Source of the DNA: Octopus bimaculoides
Taxonomy: Eukaryota
Length of the DNA: 64,000 bases
Reading direction: 5' to 3'
NCBI RefSeq assembly: GCF_001194135.2
Contig: NC_068983.1
Span: 15,279,645 to 15,343,644, forward strand
Numbering within the stretch: the first letter of the stretch is position 1; each line of letters starts with the position of its first letter. Of this stretch, positions 49,198-61,200 are shown piece after piece. The translations under genes and the position numbers were made by a program. The notes beneath the pieces were generated by a model. It worked only from the letters and a program-made list of their open reading frames with translations, ran no database searches and was not told where the DNA came from.

Positions 49198-50519
49198 GCA
49201 TACGTACTGATCCCTTGGAAAAGATTTTCCTGTGAGATTAGAGCTTAACAGTCGGGGTATTATTAGCAACTAAAAGAACTATCTGACAATTCTTCATTAT
49301 TGTGTTAATGGTGTGCTTGCAGTATTTTGAACCTATGTCATGTGGGACCAAATCAAAGCATTTCTTGTCATTAATCCAGGAATAAATTTCTTTTTATGTA
49401 TTTCCACATCATCCACTACCATCTTGGACATACATTCCTTTTGCTCAACAAGAATTACATTAAATAATCCTATTTTGGAAAGAAGTTTATGGTTGTTCCC
49501 CCTAGTGGACCTGTATTTGATTTTGCTACTGCTTTAGGTTTAAACATTAGCTGTTTCAAGTCAAATCCAGTTCTCTATGAAAACGTTGCTTGTGGATGTA
49601 ATCAGTTTACTATCTTTTTTTATGATCATGGTCAATGAAGGAACATCATAGGCCATCTGTAAAACACAAAAATAGCTTTCAACATTATTGTTCCCTGATA
49701 TTCAATGATCCCCTACTGCCTTCTCATTTAGGGGTATACAGTTGCTGTGTATCAGATTTATCGTGTAGCATAAGGTATTTTTATTGTAGATTTAGAGTTT
49801 CATAGTTATCTTTGGAGTCTAGGTCTGTCATACCCTAGTCTAGAACTACTGAGCTATGTTATGGTTAGCGCTACAAATGTGTTAATGGTATGGATTGTAT
49901 TCTTGCTATTTTGATTTTTTTTTTTTTAAATCCACTTCTGTCAAAATGTTCATTCACTTTTACTGTCGAAGTATTTGTAAAATGTGGAATTGTTCCAGCT
50001 TCTGTATTATTTCCCTTGTCTAGATTTCCAAACCATTTGCTTGACCTGACAGTCTGCTGAGTTGTACTCTCACCATCTTTCATTTCCCCAGTCCAAAGGA
50101 TATTTAAAGTTCTTGCTAAACAGTTTAACAATAATGTGACAATCCTTAAAATAGAGACTATTGTGGTGTACGATTGAAGAAGAAATGGTGAATGAGCCTC
50201 ACTTCCTCTCCCTGTGTATTGTTACAAATTGGTGTTTTATTAGCCAACAAAAAGGGAACAAGCAAATAATGAAATGAAACTCAAATGTACTGTTCTTTTG
50301 AAACAGATATTCCTATGAGGTTGGAGCTTACAGTCATAGTGTTGTTAACAACTGCAAGAACTTTATGGTCTTTTTCATTGTAGTTTTAATGAAGTTCAAC
50401 GTAGCATCATGTACTTACAGTATTTTAGTAAACCAGTCATGGGAAACTAAATTAAAGAATTTCTTCTAATTGATCCAGATACATAACTGGTTTCTTTTGA
50501 CATACATTCATTTCATCCA

Positions 50520-50720
50520 GGACCATCTCATTAACAAAAGACTACCAGATAGTATTTTGGATAGCAATTTACAGATTAGTGACAGACTAATGATTAGGCA
50601 GCAGTTTGATGAGTCATTTTTTGGTATTATTGATATCCTACCATTTAGGTGCCATCTAGATACTTGGTTCAGGTTGTTTTGGAGGGGATTGAAAATGAAT
50701 GTTGCTTGACAGTGCAGTAT
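50520..50720 (-). mobile_element. LINE reverse-transcriptase start fragment
   Basis: WHLNGRISIIPKNDSSNCCLIISLSLICKLLSKILS resembles W...G...LIPK....NYRPI..L....K.L..IL. Confidence 0.55.
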
Positions 50721-51649
50721 GTAAATGACAAGAACCAAAAATTATTAATGTTTTCATGCCGGGAATGTTCCTTTTTCCAAAGCTGTTTAAAACAAGTCTC
50801 AAATGAGATACTTTAATACTTTGGGGGGAATGTTTTTTTCAATTTTTATTGTTGCTACATGTTCTTTTAATCAACTAATTTTATTATATTAAGTTTTGTT
50901 TTGAAAAATGAGTTTCTAAAATGTTTGTAATTTTTCTTTTGTGAGTATCTTATCTATTTTAGTAGCTAAGATACCCACAAAATTATTGCATGTTGTCTTG
51001 TATAACTTTTTCCAATTGCTTTCAAAACTTTTGTTTTAAGACAACTAATTTTTTTTTAATCTATTATTTAAAGTGAATTTTTTTTTAATTTAAATTATTC
51101 AAGTGTTTATAACGGGGGGGGGGGTTCTCATTTTATTGTATTTCATTTTCATACTGTATGTATTCTTGTTACTTTATTCTGGATGGGATTTAGTTGATCA
51201 TATGGGTGTCAGTACTTGACTGATATTTATTTTATTGACCATATATGAATAAATTATCATCAATGTTGTTATCATCATCATCATCATCATTGAAGTCAAC
51301 TTTGCCTTTCACCCTTTAGGGGTCAATAAAATAAGTACCAATTGAGCACTGGGGTCAATGTAATCGACTTATTCCCTCCCCCAAAGTTACTGGCCTTATG
51401 CCAAAATTTGAAACCATTATTATTATTCTTTATTATTATTGTTATTAAAATGGCAAGATGGTAGAATCATTAGCACACTGGACAAAATTGCTTCACAGCA
51501 TTTCTTCTGGCTTTATGTTCTGAGTTCAAATCTTGCCAAGGTTTACTTTGCCTTTCATCCTTTCGAGGGTCAATCAAATGAGTACCAGTCAATGTAATTG
51601 ACTATCTCCCTCACTTCAAAAACTGCTGACCCTGTGCCAAAATTTGAAA

Positions 51650-51860
51650 CCATTATCATCTGGTTGTTTTTTAGTCTTCAGGTTCCACATTTTACCAATT
51701 TCTATTTCAAGATCTTTATATTTGCTCAGTTTTTGGTAGGTCTTGACAGATACATTTATGTCAATTGGGACAGTCATATTAATGAGGAGGCACAATTTTT
51801 GTTTGAAATCCTTCATTATAGTGTCTAGCCTATTTACATCTATCTTTCTGTCAGTTTGAA
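51650..51860 (-). mobile_element. R4/Dong-like LINE restriction-like endonuclease fragment
   Basis: VQTDRKIDVNRLDTIMKDFKQKLCLLINMTVPIDINVSVKTYQKLSKYKDLEIEIGKMWNLKTK, a PD..D..K..KY..L-type motif. Confidence 0.8.
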
Positions 51861-52099
51861 CAGTAAAGTTCATTAAGTTCATGATTATTATTATTATTAT
51901 TAAGGTGGCGAGCTGGCAGAATCATTGGCATGCCAAGTGAGATGCTTTGTGGTATTTCGTCTACTGCTATGTTCTGAGTTCAAATTCCACTGAGGTTGAC
52001 TTAGCCTTTCATCCTTTTAGGGTTGATAAATTAAGTACTAGTGAAACACTAGGGTCATTGTAATCAACTAGACTCCTCCCACCAAATTTCAGGCCTTGT

Positions 52100-52480
52100 G
52101 TGTTGGCACTCCGTCGCTTACGACGTCGAGGGTTCCAGTTGATCCGATCAACGGAACAGCCTGCTCGTGAAATTAACATGCAAGTGGCTGAGCACTCCAC
52201 AGACACGTGTACCCTTAACGTAGTTCTTGGGGATATTCAGCGTGACACTGTGACAAGGCTGACCCTTTGAATTACAGGCACAACAGAAACAGGAAGTAAG
52301 AGAGAGAGAAAGTTGTGGTGAAAGAGTACAGCAGGGTTCGCCACCATCCCCTGCCGGAGCCTCGTGGAGCTTTAGGTGTTTTCGCTCAATAAATACTCAC
52401 AACATCCGGTCTGGGAATCGAAACCGCGATCATATGACCACGAGTCCGCTGCCCTAACCACTGGGCCATTGCGCCTCCAC
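52100..52480 (-). mobile_element. SINE family B inserted into a Meta-type SINE
   Basis: Perfect 12-bp TSD TTCAGGCCTTGT at 52088-52099 and 52481-52492. Confidence 0.92.
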
Positions 52481-53104
52481 TTCAGGCCTTGTACCCTTAG
52501 TAAAAAGGATTATTATTATTATTTTCCAGTACTCTACATGTTAACTTCAAATCCCAATAAGGTCAATTTTACTTTTCTTCTCTTTGATGTCAATAAAATA
52601 AAATACCACCTCAAGTACTGGAATCAGTTTAACTGACTAACCTCTACCCTCAAACTGTGTGGCCTGTGTTAAAAGATGATATTGTTGTTGTTGTTGTTGT
52701 TATCATTATTGTTTAACTGGTGCTTATTTCATCAACCATAGAAAAGAAGGTCAACGTTGATGGAGTTTAAATTCTGCCGAAATCAACTTCACCTTTTATG
52801 CTTTCAGGGTCGATAAAGTAAGTACCAATTGAGCAGAGAGGGGTGGGGGGTGATCGACTACCCCTAGACCCTGAAATTTCAGGCCTTGTTCCTGTCATTG
52901 AAGGAACTATTATTATTAGTATTATTAGAAATAATTAGCATGCCAGACAAAATGCTCAGTGGCATTTCATCCAACTTTACATTCTGAGTTCAAATTCCAC
53001 CATGGTCAACTTTGCCTTTCATCCTTTCGGGGTCGATAAAATATGTACCAGTTGTGTGCTGGGGTTAATGCAATTGACTTACTCCCTCCCACCAAATTTG
53101 CTGG

Positions 53105-53455
53105 CCGGCACCTGTGCCCAGCGTCGCCTTTCTGGCACTTGTGCCCATGGCATGTGTAAGGACTTTCGAGCAAGATCGTTGCCAGTGCCCCTGGACTGGC
53201 TCCTGTGCAGGTGGCACATAAAATACACCATTTTGAGCATGGCCGTTGCCAGTACCGCCTGACTGGCCTTCGTGCCGGTGGCACATAAAAGCACCCACTA
53301 CACTCTCAGAGTGGTTGGCGTTAGGAAGGGCATCCAGTTGTAGAAACTCTGCCAAATCAGATTGGAGCCTGGTGTAGACATCTGGTTTCACCAGTTCTCA
53401 GTCAAATCGTCCAACCCATGCTAGCATGGAAAGCGGACGTTAAACGATGATGATG

Positions 53456-53458
<3 letters not shown>
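53105..53458 (+). mobile_element. Family R copy inserted at the end of a Meta-type SINE
   Basis: Family consensus and tail. The GAT tail grades into the (ATT)n tail of the host SINE. Confidence 0.8.
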
Positions 53459-53487
<29 letters not shown>

Positions 53488-53924
53488 GAAGAAGAAAAAA
53501 ATAAGGCAGCAGCAATCTGGCAAAATTGTTAGAGCATTGGACAAAGTGCCTAGCAGCTTTTCTTCTGGCTCTTTACGTTCTGAGTTCAAATTCTGCCAAG
53601 GTCAACTTTGCCTTTCATCCTTTGAAGGTCAATAGATGAAGTACCAGTCAAGCACTAAGATCAATGTAATCGACTTGTCCTTCCCCAAAAATTTCAGGCA
53701 TTGTACCTATAGTAGAAAGGATTATTATTATTATTATTATTATTATTACTGTGATTGATTTCAAATTTTGGCACAAGGCCTGCAAGTTCAGGGTAACAAT
53801 AAGAGGAGCACGATGCAATTTGTCATAAAGATTGACTTTGTTTATTGAAGGGATTGAACAATATTTCAACAGACTGCCGGTCTTCTTTAGGTTCAAAATG
53901 TAAAATGAAAAAAAAAAACACAGT

Positions 53925-54086
53925 AACACAGGAATTCAAAATATTCCGAGAAAATCCTGTGTTCCTTTTTTGGATAAAACATCATTCATTTTCACTTTTA
54001 CATTACTGATAAAAAAAAAAAACTAATAATGTCATCTTATCTAAGAAACACAGGATTTCCTCATTCATATTTTGAATTCCTGTGTT
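53925..54086. repeat. Small fold-back whose arms are themselves palindromic
   Basis: AACACAGGAATTCAAAATATTCCGAGAAAATCCTGTGTT ... AACACAGGATTTCCTCATTCATATTTTGAATTCCTGTGTT. Confidence 0.65.
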
Positions 54087-54211
54087 TCTAGTATATGTTT
54101 GAACCCAAAGGAGACAATCTGTTGAAATATTGTTGAATAAACAGTCAGTCTCTATCACAAATTGCATTGTGCTGCTCTTTTTTATTTTACCTTCATGAAG
54201 AATTATGTTGT

Positions 54212-54598
54212 GCACCTGGACTGGCTCTTGTGTGGGTGGCACATAAAATACACCAGTTTGTGTGTGGCCATTGCCAGTACCGCCTGACTGGCCTTCGTAG
54301 GATTTTCGAGCGAGATCGTTGCCAGTGCCCCTGGACTGGCTCTTGTGCGGGTGGCACATAAAATACACCAGTTTAAGCATGGCCGTAGCCAGTACCGCTT
54401 GACTGGCCTTCGTGCGGGTGACACGTAAAAACACCCACTACACTCTCTGAGTGGTTGGCATTAGGAAGGGCATTCAGCTGTAGAAACTCTGCCAAATCAG
54501 ATTGGAGCCTGGTGTAGCCATCCGGTTTCACCAGCCCTCAGTCAAATCGTCCAACCCATGCTAGCATGGAAAGCGGACGTCAAACGATGATGATGATT
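54212..54598 (+). mobile_element. Family R copy with an internal tandem duplication of about 115 bp
   Basis: Has the same duplication-junction type (GGCCTT..TAGGATTTTCGAGCGAGATCG) as the 29141 copy. Confidence 0.85.
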
Positions 54599-55464
54599 AT
54601 CATCATTATTGAGGTAGGTGGATGACAATAATGATAGAGTTGGGCTGGATGGATTACAATATTTAATAACACACTTTCACATTCTGAGACTAATTTTGCT
54701 TTGAAGCCATTTAGGGTTAATAAAATAAGTACCAGTTAAATACTGGGGACAAAATAATCAACTACACTGCTCCCTAAATGTACAATCTTGTGGGAATGTC
54801 AGAAATCCTTATTATGCAAGATAGTAGAATGGTGGAAACATACTAGACTAAATGGCTTGTGAGTTACAGTTTGTGTTCAGCTCCTCCTGGTGAAAGAGCA
54901 TTTTTGGTAGTCCTCAACTTGCTGGAAATAGCAACCAAATGTCCCTTAACCCTTTAGCGTTCAGATTAATTTGTCAAAAGTAATCCTTATTTATTCACAT
55001 TAAAAAAAATTTATCTGATATTATTTTGTAGCTTCAAGATAGGAAAGATATAATTGCTTATTTTTAGAATGACATTGTAGGGTAGGTGTGAGATGCTGGT
55101 TCTGGCCAGTTTGAGCATAAAATGTGTAGAATATCTGGGCCGGATACAGCCGGTTTAAACACTAAAGGGTTAAATCACGTTATTCCTTCTTTAAAATAGG
55201 ACACCTTAAATAATGTAATCCTAAAAATGGCCTAAAACTGGAGAAGAACTTTGGCTCAAATGCCTTTGAGTTGTTTGTTTGGTGACAAGGATGTGGCCTG
55301 TGACAACAACAACAAATCTTGCCAAGATCAACGTTGCCTTGCATTCCACTTTCTTCTTCCTTCTTTTTTTTATTCTTATAATGGTGTAGAGTGAAAAGAG
55401 TAGCTTCCATGTCCTTTATCAAGATTTGTTGAAGAAAGGAAAGGAATTATTCTCAGACCTGCGT

Positions 55465-55853
55465 AGGCGCAGGAGTGGCTGTGTGGAAAGTAGCTTGCTT
55501 ACCAACCACATGGTTCCGGGTTCAGTCCCACTGCGTGGCACCTTGGGCAACTGTCTTCTACTATAGCCTTGGGCCGACCAAAGCCTTGTGAGTGGATTTG
55601 GTATACAGAAACTGAAAGAAGCCCATCGTATATATGTATATATATATATATATTTGTGTGTCTGTGTTTGTCCCCCCAACTTCGCTTGACAACCGATGCT
55701 GGTGTGTTTACGTCCCCGTAACTTGGCAGTTCGGCAAAAAGAGACCGATAGAATAAGTACTAGGCTTACAAAGAATAAGTCCTGGGGTCGATTTGCTCAA
55801 CTAAAAGGCAGTGCTCCAGCATGGCTGCAGTCAAATGACTGAAACGAGTAAAA
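55465..55853 (+). mobile_element. SINE family A
   Basis: Family A consensus. Confidence 0.9.
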
Positions 55854-56270
55854 GCGAGAGAGACCACAGACCTGATTCATATCTTTGTAACACAGTGGAT
55901 TTTGCTAAAGGCACTCAGGGACCAACAGATTAAGTCTACCACCCAATAACAGGAACTGTTCCTCTGGCACAGTTTCTATTTAGCCAGTTTTGCTTGATAA
56001 AGATAAAGATTAACTAAAATAAATTAGTACACGTTATTGCTTGACTTCCATTAATTAAACCAGCTACATTTATTCTCGTCCTCCCACCAAAATTATAGTC
56101 TGGTTGCTATTTTATGAGTCATTAACATAGTGTGGCAGATATGTTAACAAGACTAAATGCCATACAGCTGAATCGGGTTTAGTGAGAGAGCTTCTACATA
56201 GTTGTTTAACGTGCTAGAAATGGCAGCCAAATTTCACTCAAATCAAATCCCAACATTTCAAATGAAGAAG

Positions 56271-56307
<37 letters not shown>

Positions 56308-57009
56308 TATTTTGCACAATCCCTTTTGATGGGGGAGGTTCCTTTTAGAGAGAGAAAATGAATAATAGGTTCTACACGAGATGTGTGTGAGGTTGGGGTC
56401 GCTGTTACAGAGACATAAACAAGAATGCATTTCAATCGGTGTATCACTTCACCTCTTGCCAAAACACCACAGACGGGCAGGAATTTGGGCTCTGGTATAT
56501 CATGGGAGCCCATTGCATTTGGGCACAGATTGGTAGCTGTTAAACCACCATCAGTGCTTGATTGGTACATTATTTTATCAATTCCAGAAGGATGAAAAGG
56601 AAAGTTGGCCTTGGTAGGATTTGAACTCATAATATAAAGAATCAAAATAAATACTGCAAGGTACTTTGTCCAATATCCTAAATGTTCCACCAACCGTCTG
56701 CTGTTGGAATGCTTGTGAGAAGTGGACTGACCTAGTACTTAGCAACAAGATTGCTTTTATCTTTTTCCCCCTCATTAAAATTACTATTAATCAACTAGAC
56801 CCCCCCCTCCTTTACAATTACAATATGTCAATATAAAATATTGCTATTATGTATTAAACTCATAAATCAACATTTAGTATATTTTTTATTCCAGCTCAAA
56901 TAATTAATAAAGATGGGAAATATCAAGTGGAATATTATCCATGGTAAGTAAATGAAACATCAATCAAATTATATACATATGTAAGTTAATGAGTGCATGA
57001 AGGAGCCTC

Positions 57010-57200
57010 CACATGATTGTTCAGTCTTCTAGAAATAGCAGCCAAATCTCTCTCAAATATAACATACTATCTTAAGAAAAGAAAGGACACATTGGTTAAT
57101 GTAATTCTAGATACACCATGCCTGAAAGAAAGACAGGGTGGTCATGGCTGGAATGCCTTTCATCATAAGTCTACTCTATTAGGACTGATCTGAAACTAAA
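57010..57200 (+). repeat. Representative of an unclassified high-copy repeat (CTAGAAATAGCAGCCAAATCTC family)
   Basis: Motif followed by ...CATTGG.TAATGTA.TTCTAGATACAC...GGTCATGGCTGGAATGCCTTT. Also near 710, 1655, 3430, 4460, 12590, 34390, 39890, 45000, 45230, 54920 and 56215. Confidence 0.7.
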
Positions 57201-57417
57201 CATTATTGTCATTTTGATTCTTTGTTTATATTTTCATTCTTTTGGTCTTTTACTGGTTTCAACTAGGGCCCCATCTTCTCATATTATGATAATAATCTTA
57301 TATATCAACTGATTTTGGATAGATTTTAAAAATATATTTTTGACCTCACACATTCACATGTACATATACACACATACACACCAGACAAAGTATTTTTTAA
57401 AATATGGTAAAAATATG

Positions 57418-57811
57418 GCTTGCGAAGACCTGTTGGGGCAAGCGAAAGTGAAATCAGGATGGCACCTATGCCCAGCATCACCTTCCTGGCACTTGTGCTG
57501 GTGGCACGTGTAAAGACATTCGAGCGAGATCGTTGCCAGTGCCGCTGGACTGGCTCCCGTGCAGGTGGCACATAAAATATACCATTTCGAGCGTGGCCGT
57601 TGCCAGTACCGCCTGACTGGCCTTCGTGCCGGTGACACGTAAAAGCACCCACTACACTCTCGGAGTGGTTGGCATTAGGAAGGGCATCCAGCTGTAGAAA
57701 CTCTGCCAAATCAGATTGGAGCCTGGTGTAGCCATCTGGTTCATCTGTCCTCAGTCAAATCGTCCAACCCATGCTAGCATGGAAAGCGGACGTTAAACGA
57801 TGATGATGATG
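57418..57811 (+). mobile_element. Family R copy (long form)
   Basis: GCTTGCGAAGACCTGTTGGGGCAAG through the (GAT)n tail. Confidence 0.85.
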
Positions 57812-58307
57812 GTAAAAAACTTATATGTTTTACTTGTATGTGGATGCAGGCATAACCATCATCCTCAGTTACAAAATTTGTTTTGCAATATGTCTTACTG
57901 GATTCAGTCCGACTGCACAAAATCAGAGATTACTTAAGTCTTATGGCTGAAATTTGAGAAATGGAAACTGTGCAATAACCCAGTTGGGAAGAAGAAGACA
58001 GGGGAAGAAATGAAGTCAGTGGGGTAAATAAGTGGTAAGACGCTGTGCTGGAGAAGAGCTGTCTAGCTGCTGCAAACGTGGGGAAACAAGTAATAAATCT
58101 TATAATGTGTGTGTGTATGAAAGTGGAAGAATTAGTTGAGCATTTAACAAAAATACCTTGTGGTATTTTACATCCCTTTATATACCCAGGTCAATTTGTT
58201 CCTTCCAAGACAAAAACCCTAAAAGATGGTACCTCAGTATGGCCATGATTCAGTAACTTGAAACTAGTATAATTTAATTTAAGAGCCTTTTAATTTATAG
58301 TTCAAAT

Positions 58308-58571
58308 AGGCACAGGAGTGGCTGTGTGGTAAGTAGCTTGCTTACCAACCACATGGTTCTGGGTTCAGTCCCACTGCATGGCACCTTGGGCAAGTGTCTC
58401 TTCTATAGCCTCAGGCCGACCAAAGCCTTGTGACTGGATTTGGCAGACGGAAACTGAAAGAAGCCTGTCGTGTATATGTATGTTTATATATGTTTGTGTG
58501 TCTGTGTTTGTCCCTCCCCCAACATCACTTGACACCCGATGCTGGTGTGTTTACGTCCCTGTAACTTAGCG
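58308..58571 (+). mobile_element. SINE family A 5' part fused to a family R copy
   Basis: Family A sequence stops at GTAACTTAGCG and continues directly as family R (AAATCATGATGGCACCTGTGCC). Confidence 0.8.
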
Positions 58572-59797
58572 AAATCATGATGGCACCTGTGCCCAGCGTC
58601 GCCTTTCTGGCACTTGTGCCCGTGGCATGTGTAAGGATTTTCGAGCAAGATCGTTGCCAGTACCCCTGGACTGGACTCTTGTGCGGGTGGCACATAAAAT
58701 ACACCATTTTGAGCGTGGCCATTGCCAGTACCGCCTGACTGGCCTTCGTGCCGGTGGCACGTAAAAGCACCCACTACACTCTCTGAGTGGTTGGCGTTAG
58801 GAAGAGCATCCTGCTGTAGAAACTCTGCCAAATCAGATTGGAGCCTGGTGTAGCCATCTGGTTTCACCAGTCCTCAGTCAAATCGTCCAACCCATGCTAG
58901 CATGGAAAGCGGACGTTAAACAATGAATAATTTAAAATTGATTTGTTCTAAATGAAATNNNNNNNNNNNNNNNNNNNNNNNNNNNNNNNNNNNNNNNNNN
59001 NNNNNNNNNNNNNNNNNNNNNNNNNNNNNNNNNNNNNNNNNNNNNNNNNNNNNNNNNNNNNNNNNNNNNNNNNNNNNNNNNNNNNNNNNNNNNNNNNNNN
59101 NNNNNNNNNNNNNNNNNNNNNNNNNNNNNNNNNNNNNNNNNNNNNNNNNNNNNNNNNNNNNNNNNNNNNNNNNNNNNNNNNNNNNNNNNNNNNNNNNNNN
59201 NNNNNNNNNNNNNNNNNNNNNNNNNNNNNNNNNNNNNNNNNNNNNNNNNNNNNNNNNNNNNNNNNNNNNNNNNNNNNNNNNNNNNNNNNNNNNNNNNNNN
59301 NNNNNNNNNNNNNNNNNNNNNNNNNNNNNNNNNNNNNNNNNNNNNNNNNNNNNNNNNNNNNNNNNNNNNNNNNNNNNNNNNNNNNNNNNNNNNNNNNNNN
59401 NNNNNNNNNNNNNNNNNNNNNNNNNNNNNNNNNNNNNNNNNNNNNNNNNNNNNNNNNNNNNNNNNNNNNNNNNNNNNNNNNNNNNNNNNNNNNNNNNNNN
59501 NNNNNNNNNNNNNNNNNNNNNNNNNNNNNNNNNNNNNNNNNNNNNNNNNNNNNNNNNNNNNNNNNNNNNNNNNNNNNNNNNNNNNNNNNNNNNNNNNNNN
59601 NNNNNNNNNNNNNNNNNNNNNNNNNNNNNNNNNNNNNNNNNNNNNNNNNNNNNNNNNNNNNNNNNNNNNNNNNNNNNNNNNNNNNNNNNNNNNNNNNNNN
59701 NNNNNNNNNNNNNNNNNNNNNNNNNNNNNNNNNNNNNNNNNNNNNNNNNNNNNNNNNNNNNNNNNNNNNNNNNNNNNNNNNNNNNNNNNNNNNNNNN

Positions 59798-60036
59798 TAT
59801 ATATATATATATATATGTATGTGTGTTTGTGTGTCTGTGTTTGTCCCCCCACCATCGCTTGACAACCGATGCTGGTGTGTTTACGTCCCCGTAACTTAGC
59901 GGTTCAGAAAAAAGAGACCGATAGAATAAGTACTAGGCTTACGAAGAATAAGTCCTGGGGTCGATTTGCTCGACTAAAAGCGGTGCTCCAGCATGGCCGC
60001 AGTCAAATGACTGAAACAAGTAAAAGAGAGTAAAAA
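59798..60036 (+). mobile_element. SINE family A, 3' part (after gap)
   Basis: Family A consensus and tail. Confidence 0.88.
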
Positions 60037-60069
60037 AGTAAGTGAAACATGGAAGTGAATAGGATTTGC

Positions 60070-60290
60070 AATATGATGAATGTTTTTCATTGCCTGTACC
60101 TTAGAAATAGGTGGAAGAGCACCATGCTTGACCACATCACAAACGATGAAACCATGAGAAAAGCTGGCCAAAGTAAACTGCATGACAGCATCACAGCTAG
60201 ATGTCGGAAGCTACTTGGCTATGTATTGCTCTTGCCCTTGGAAAGACTGGCAAGGACAGCCATCGAATGGACAGTTGACAGAGAAAGCTA
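60070..60290 (+). mobile_element. LINE (RTE/RTE-X-like) C-terminal fragment
   Basis: FHCLYLRNRWKSTMLDHITNDETMRKAGQSKLHDSITARCRKLLGYVLLLPLERLARTAIEW resembles the thumb/C-terminal motif FH..CLR....W.D.ITNEE...A...I..RR....GHV.R. Confidence 0.65.
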
Positions 60291-60319
60291 GAATTCCATG
60301 CACAGCACACAGGATACTC

Positions 60320-60714
60320 TCTTTTTTACTCTTTTACTTGTTTCAGTCATTTGACTGTGGCCATGCTGGAGCACCGCCTTTAGTCGAGCAAATCGACCCC
60401 AGGACTTATTCTTTGTAAGCACAATACTTATTCTATCGGTCTCTTTTTGCCGAACCGCTAAGTTATGGGGACGTAAACACACCAGCATCGGTTGTCAAGC
60501 GATGTTGGGGGGACAAACACACACACACACATATATATATACATATATATACGATGGGCTTCTTTCAGTTTCCGTCTACCAAATCCACTCACAAGGCTTT
60601 GGTCGACCCGAGGCTATAGTAGAAGACACTTGCCCAAGATGCCACACAGTGGGACTGAACCCGGAGCCATGTGGTTGGTTAACGTGCTACTTACCACACA
60701 GCCACTCCTACACC
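60320..60714 (-). mobile_element. SINE family A, tail-to-tail with the 59798 copy
   Basis: Family A consensus, reverse orientation. Confidence 0.9.
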
Positions 60715-61074
60715 TAGAACACAAAAGATAGAAAAGTGAACATTAAAACAGTCATAAAGAGGAAATGGTACATTAATCAGAAATAGTATTGGTAAATTTC
60801 TGGAAACTTAGAATTTTTGAAGGATATATATGTGAAATATATTATCATTATAGCACTAAAATTCCAAGTTTGTATGTTACACAAATGCAACAGTAACAGT
60901 TTTATTGTAGAGGTAAATTATTTTGGCTAATGTATTCTTTAGTTCAAGAACTTTTTCTTAAAATTACTTCCGATTCTTATCTCATCCCTGGAACCCTGCA
61001 AACCAATAAAATTATGTTTATAACTTTGTCTGCACTGAAAATGTCAACCATTTTACAGAGTGTACTTTATGTGA

Positions 61075-61200
61075 CGTGATGGAAACGGTGAGAGGGTTTT
61101 GTTATTTGGGAGATAGGACGGATGTGAAGCAGCTGTGACAGCAAGAGCGAGACTTGGCTGGGGGAAGTTCAGGGAATGTGGAGCGTTTTTATATGGGAGA
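61075..61200 (+). mobile_element. RTE LINE reverse-transcriptase C-terminal fragment
   Basis: Translates VMETVRGFCYLGDR...GCEAAVTARARLGWGKFRECGAFLYGR. Confidence 0.8.

Larger units (their letters stand above)
51290..53750 (+). repeat. Cluster of at least 6 same-orientation, CpG-decayed Meta-type SINE copies with (ATT)n tails, hosting other insertions
   Basis: Repeated GCCTTTCATCCTTT..GGGTCAATAAA..AAGTACCA cores separated by (TAT)n. Confidence 0.75.

Noticed and set aside
58484-58867. Recurrent 60-130 aa ORFs (MKPDG..LQLDALPNANHSESVVGAF, MSSDVGGTNT.., MPPARRPVRRYWQ.., M.ANPAVLFHHNF..)
   Set aside because: These are translations of SINE family R, A and B consensus sequence recurring at every copy; there are no protein motifs.
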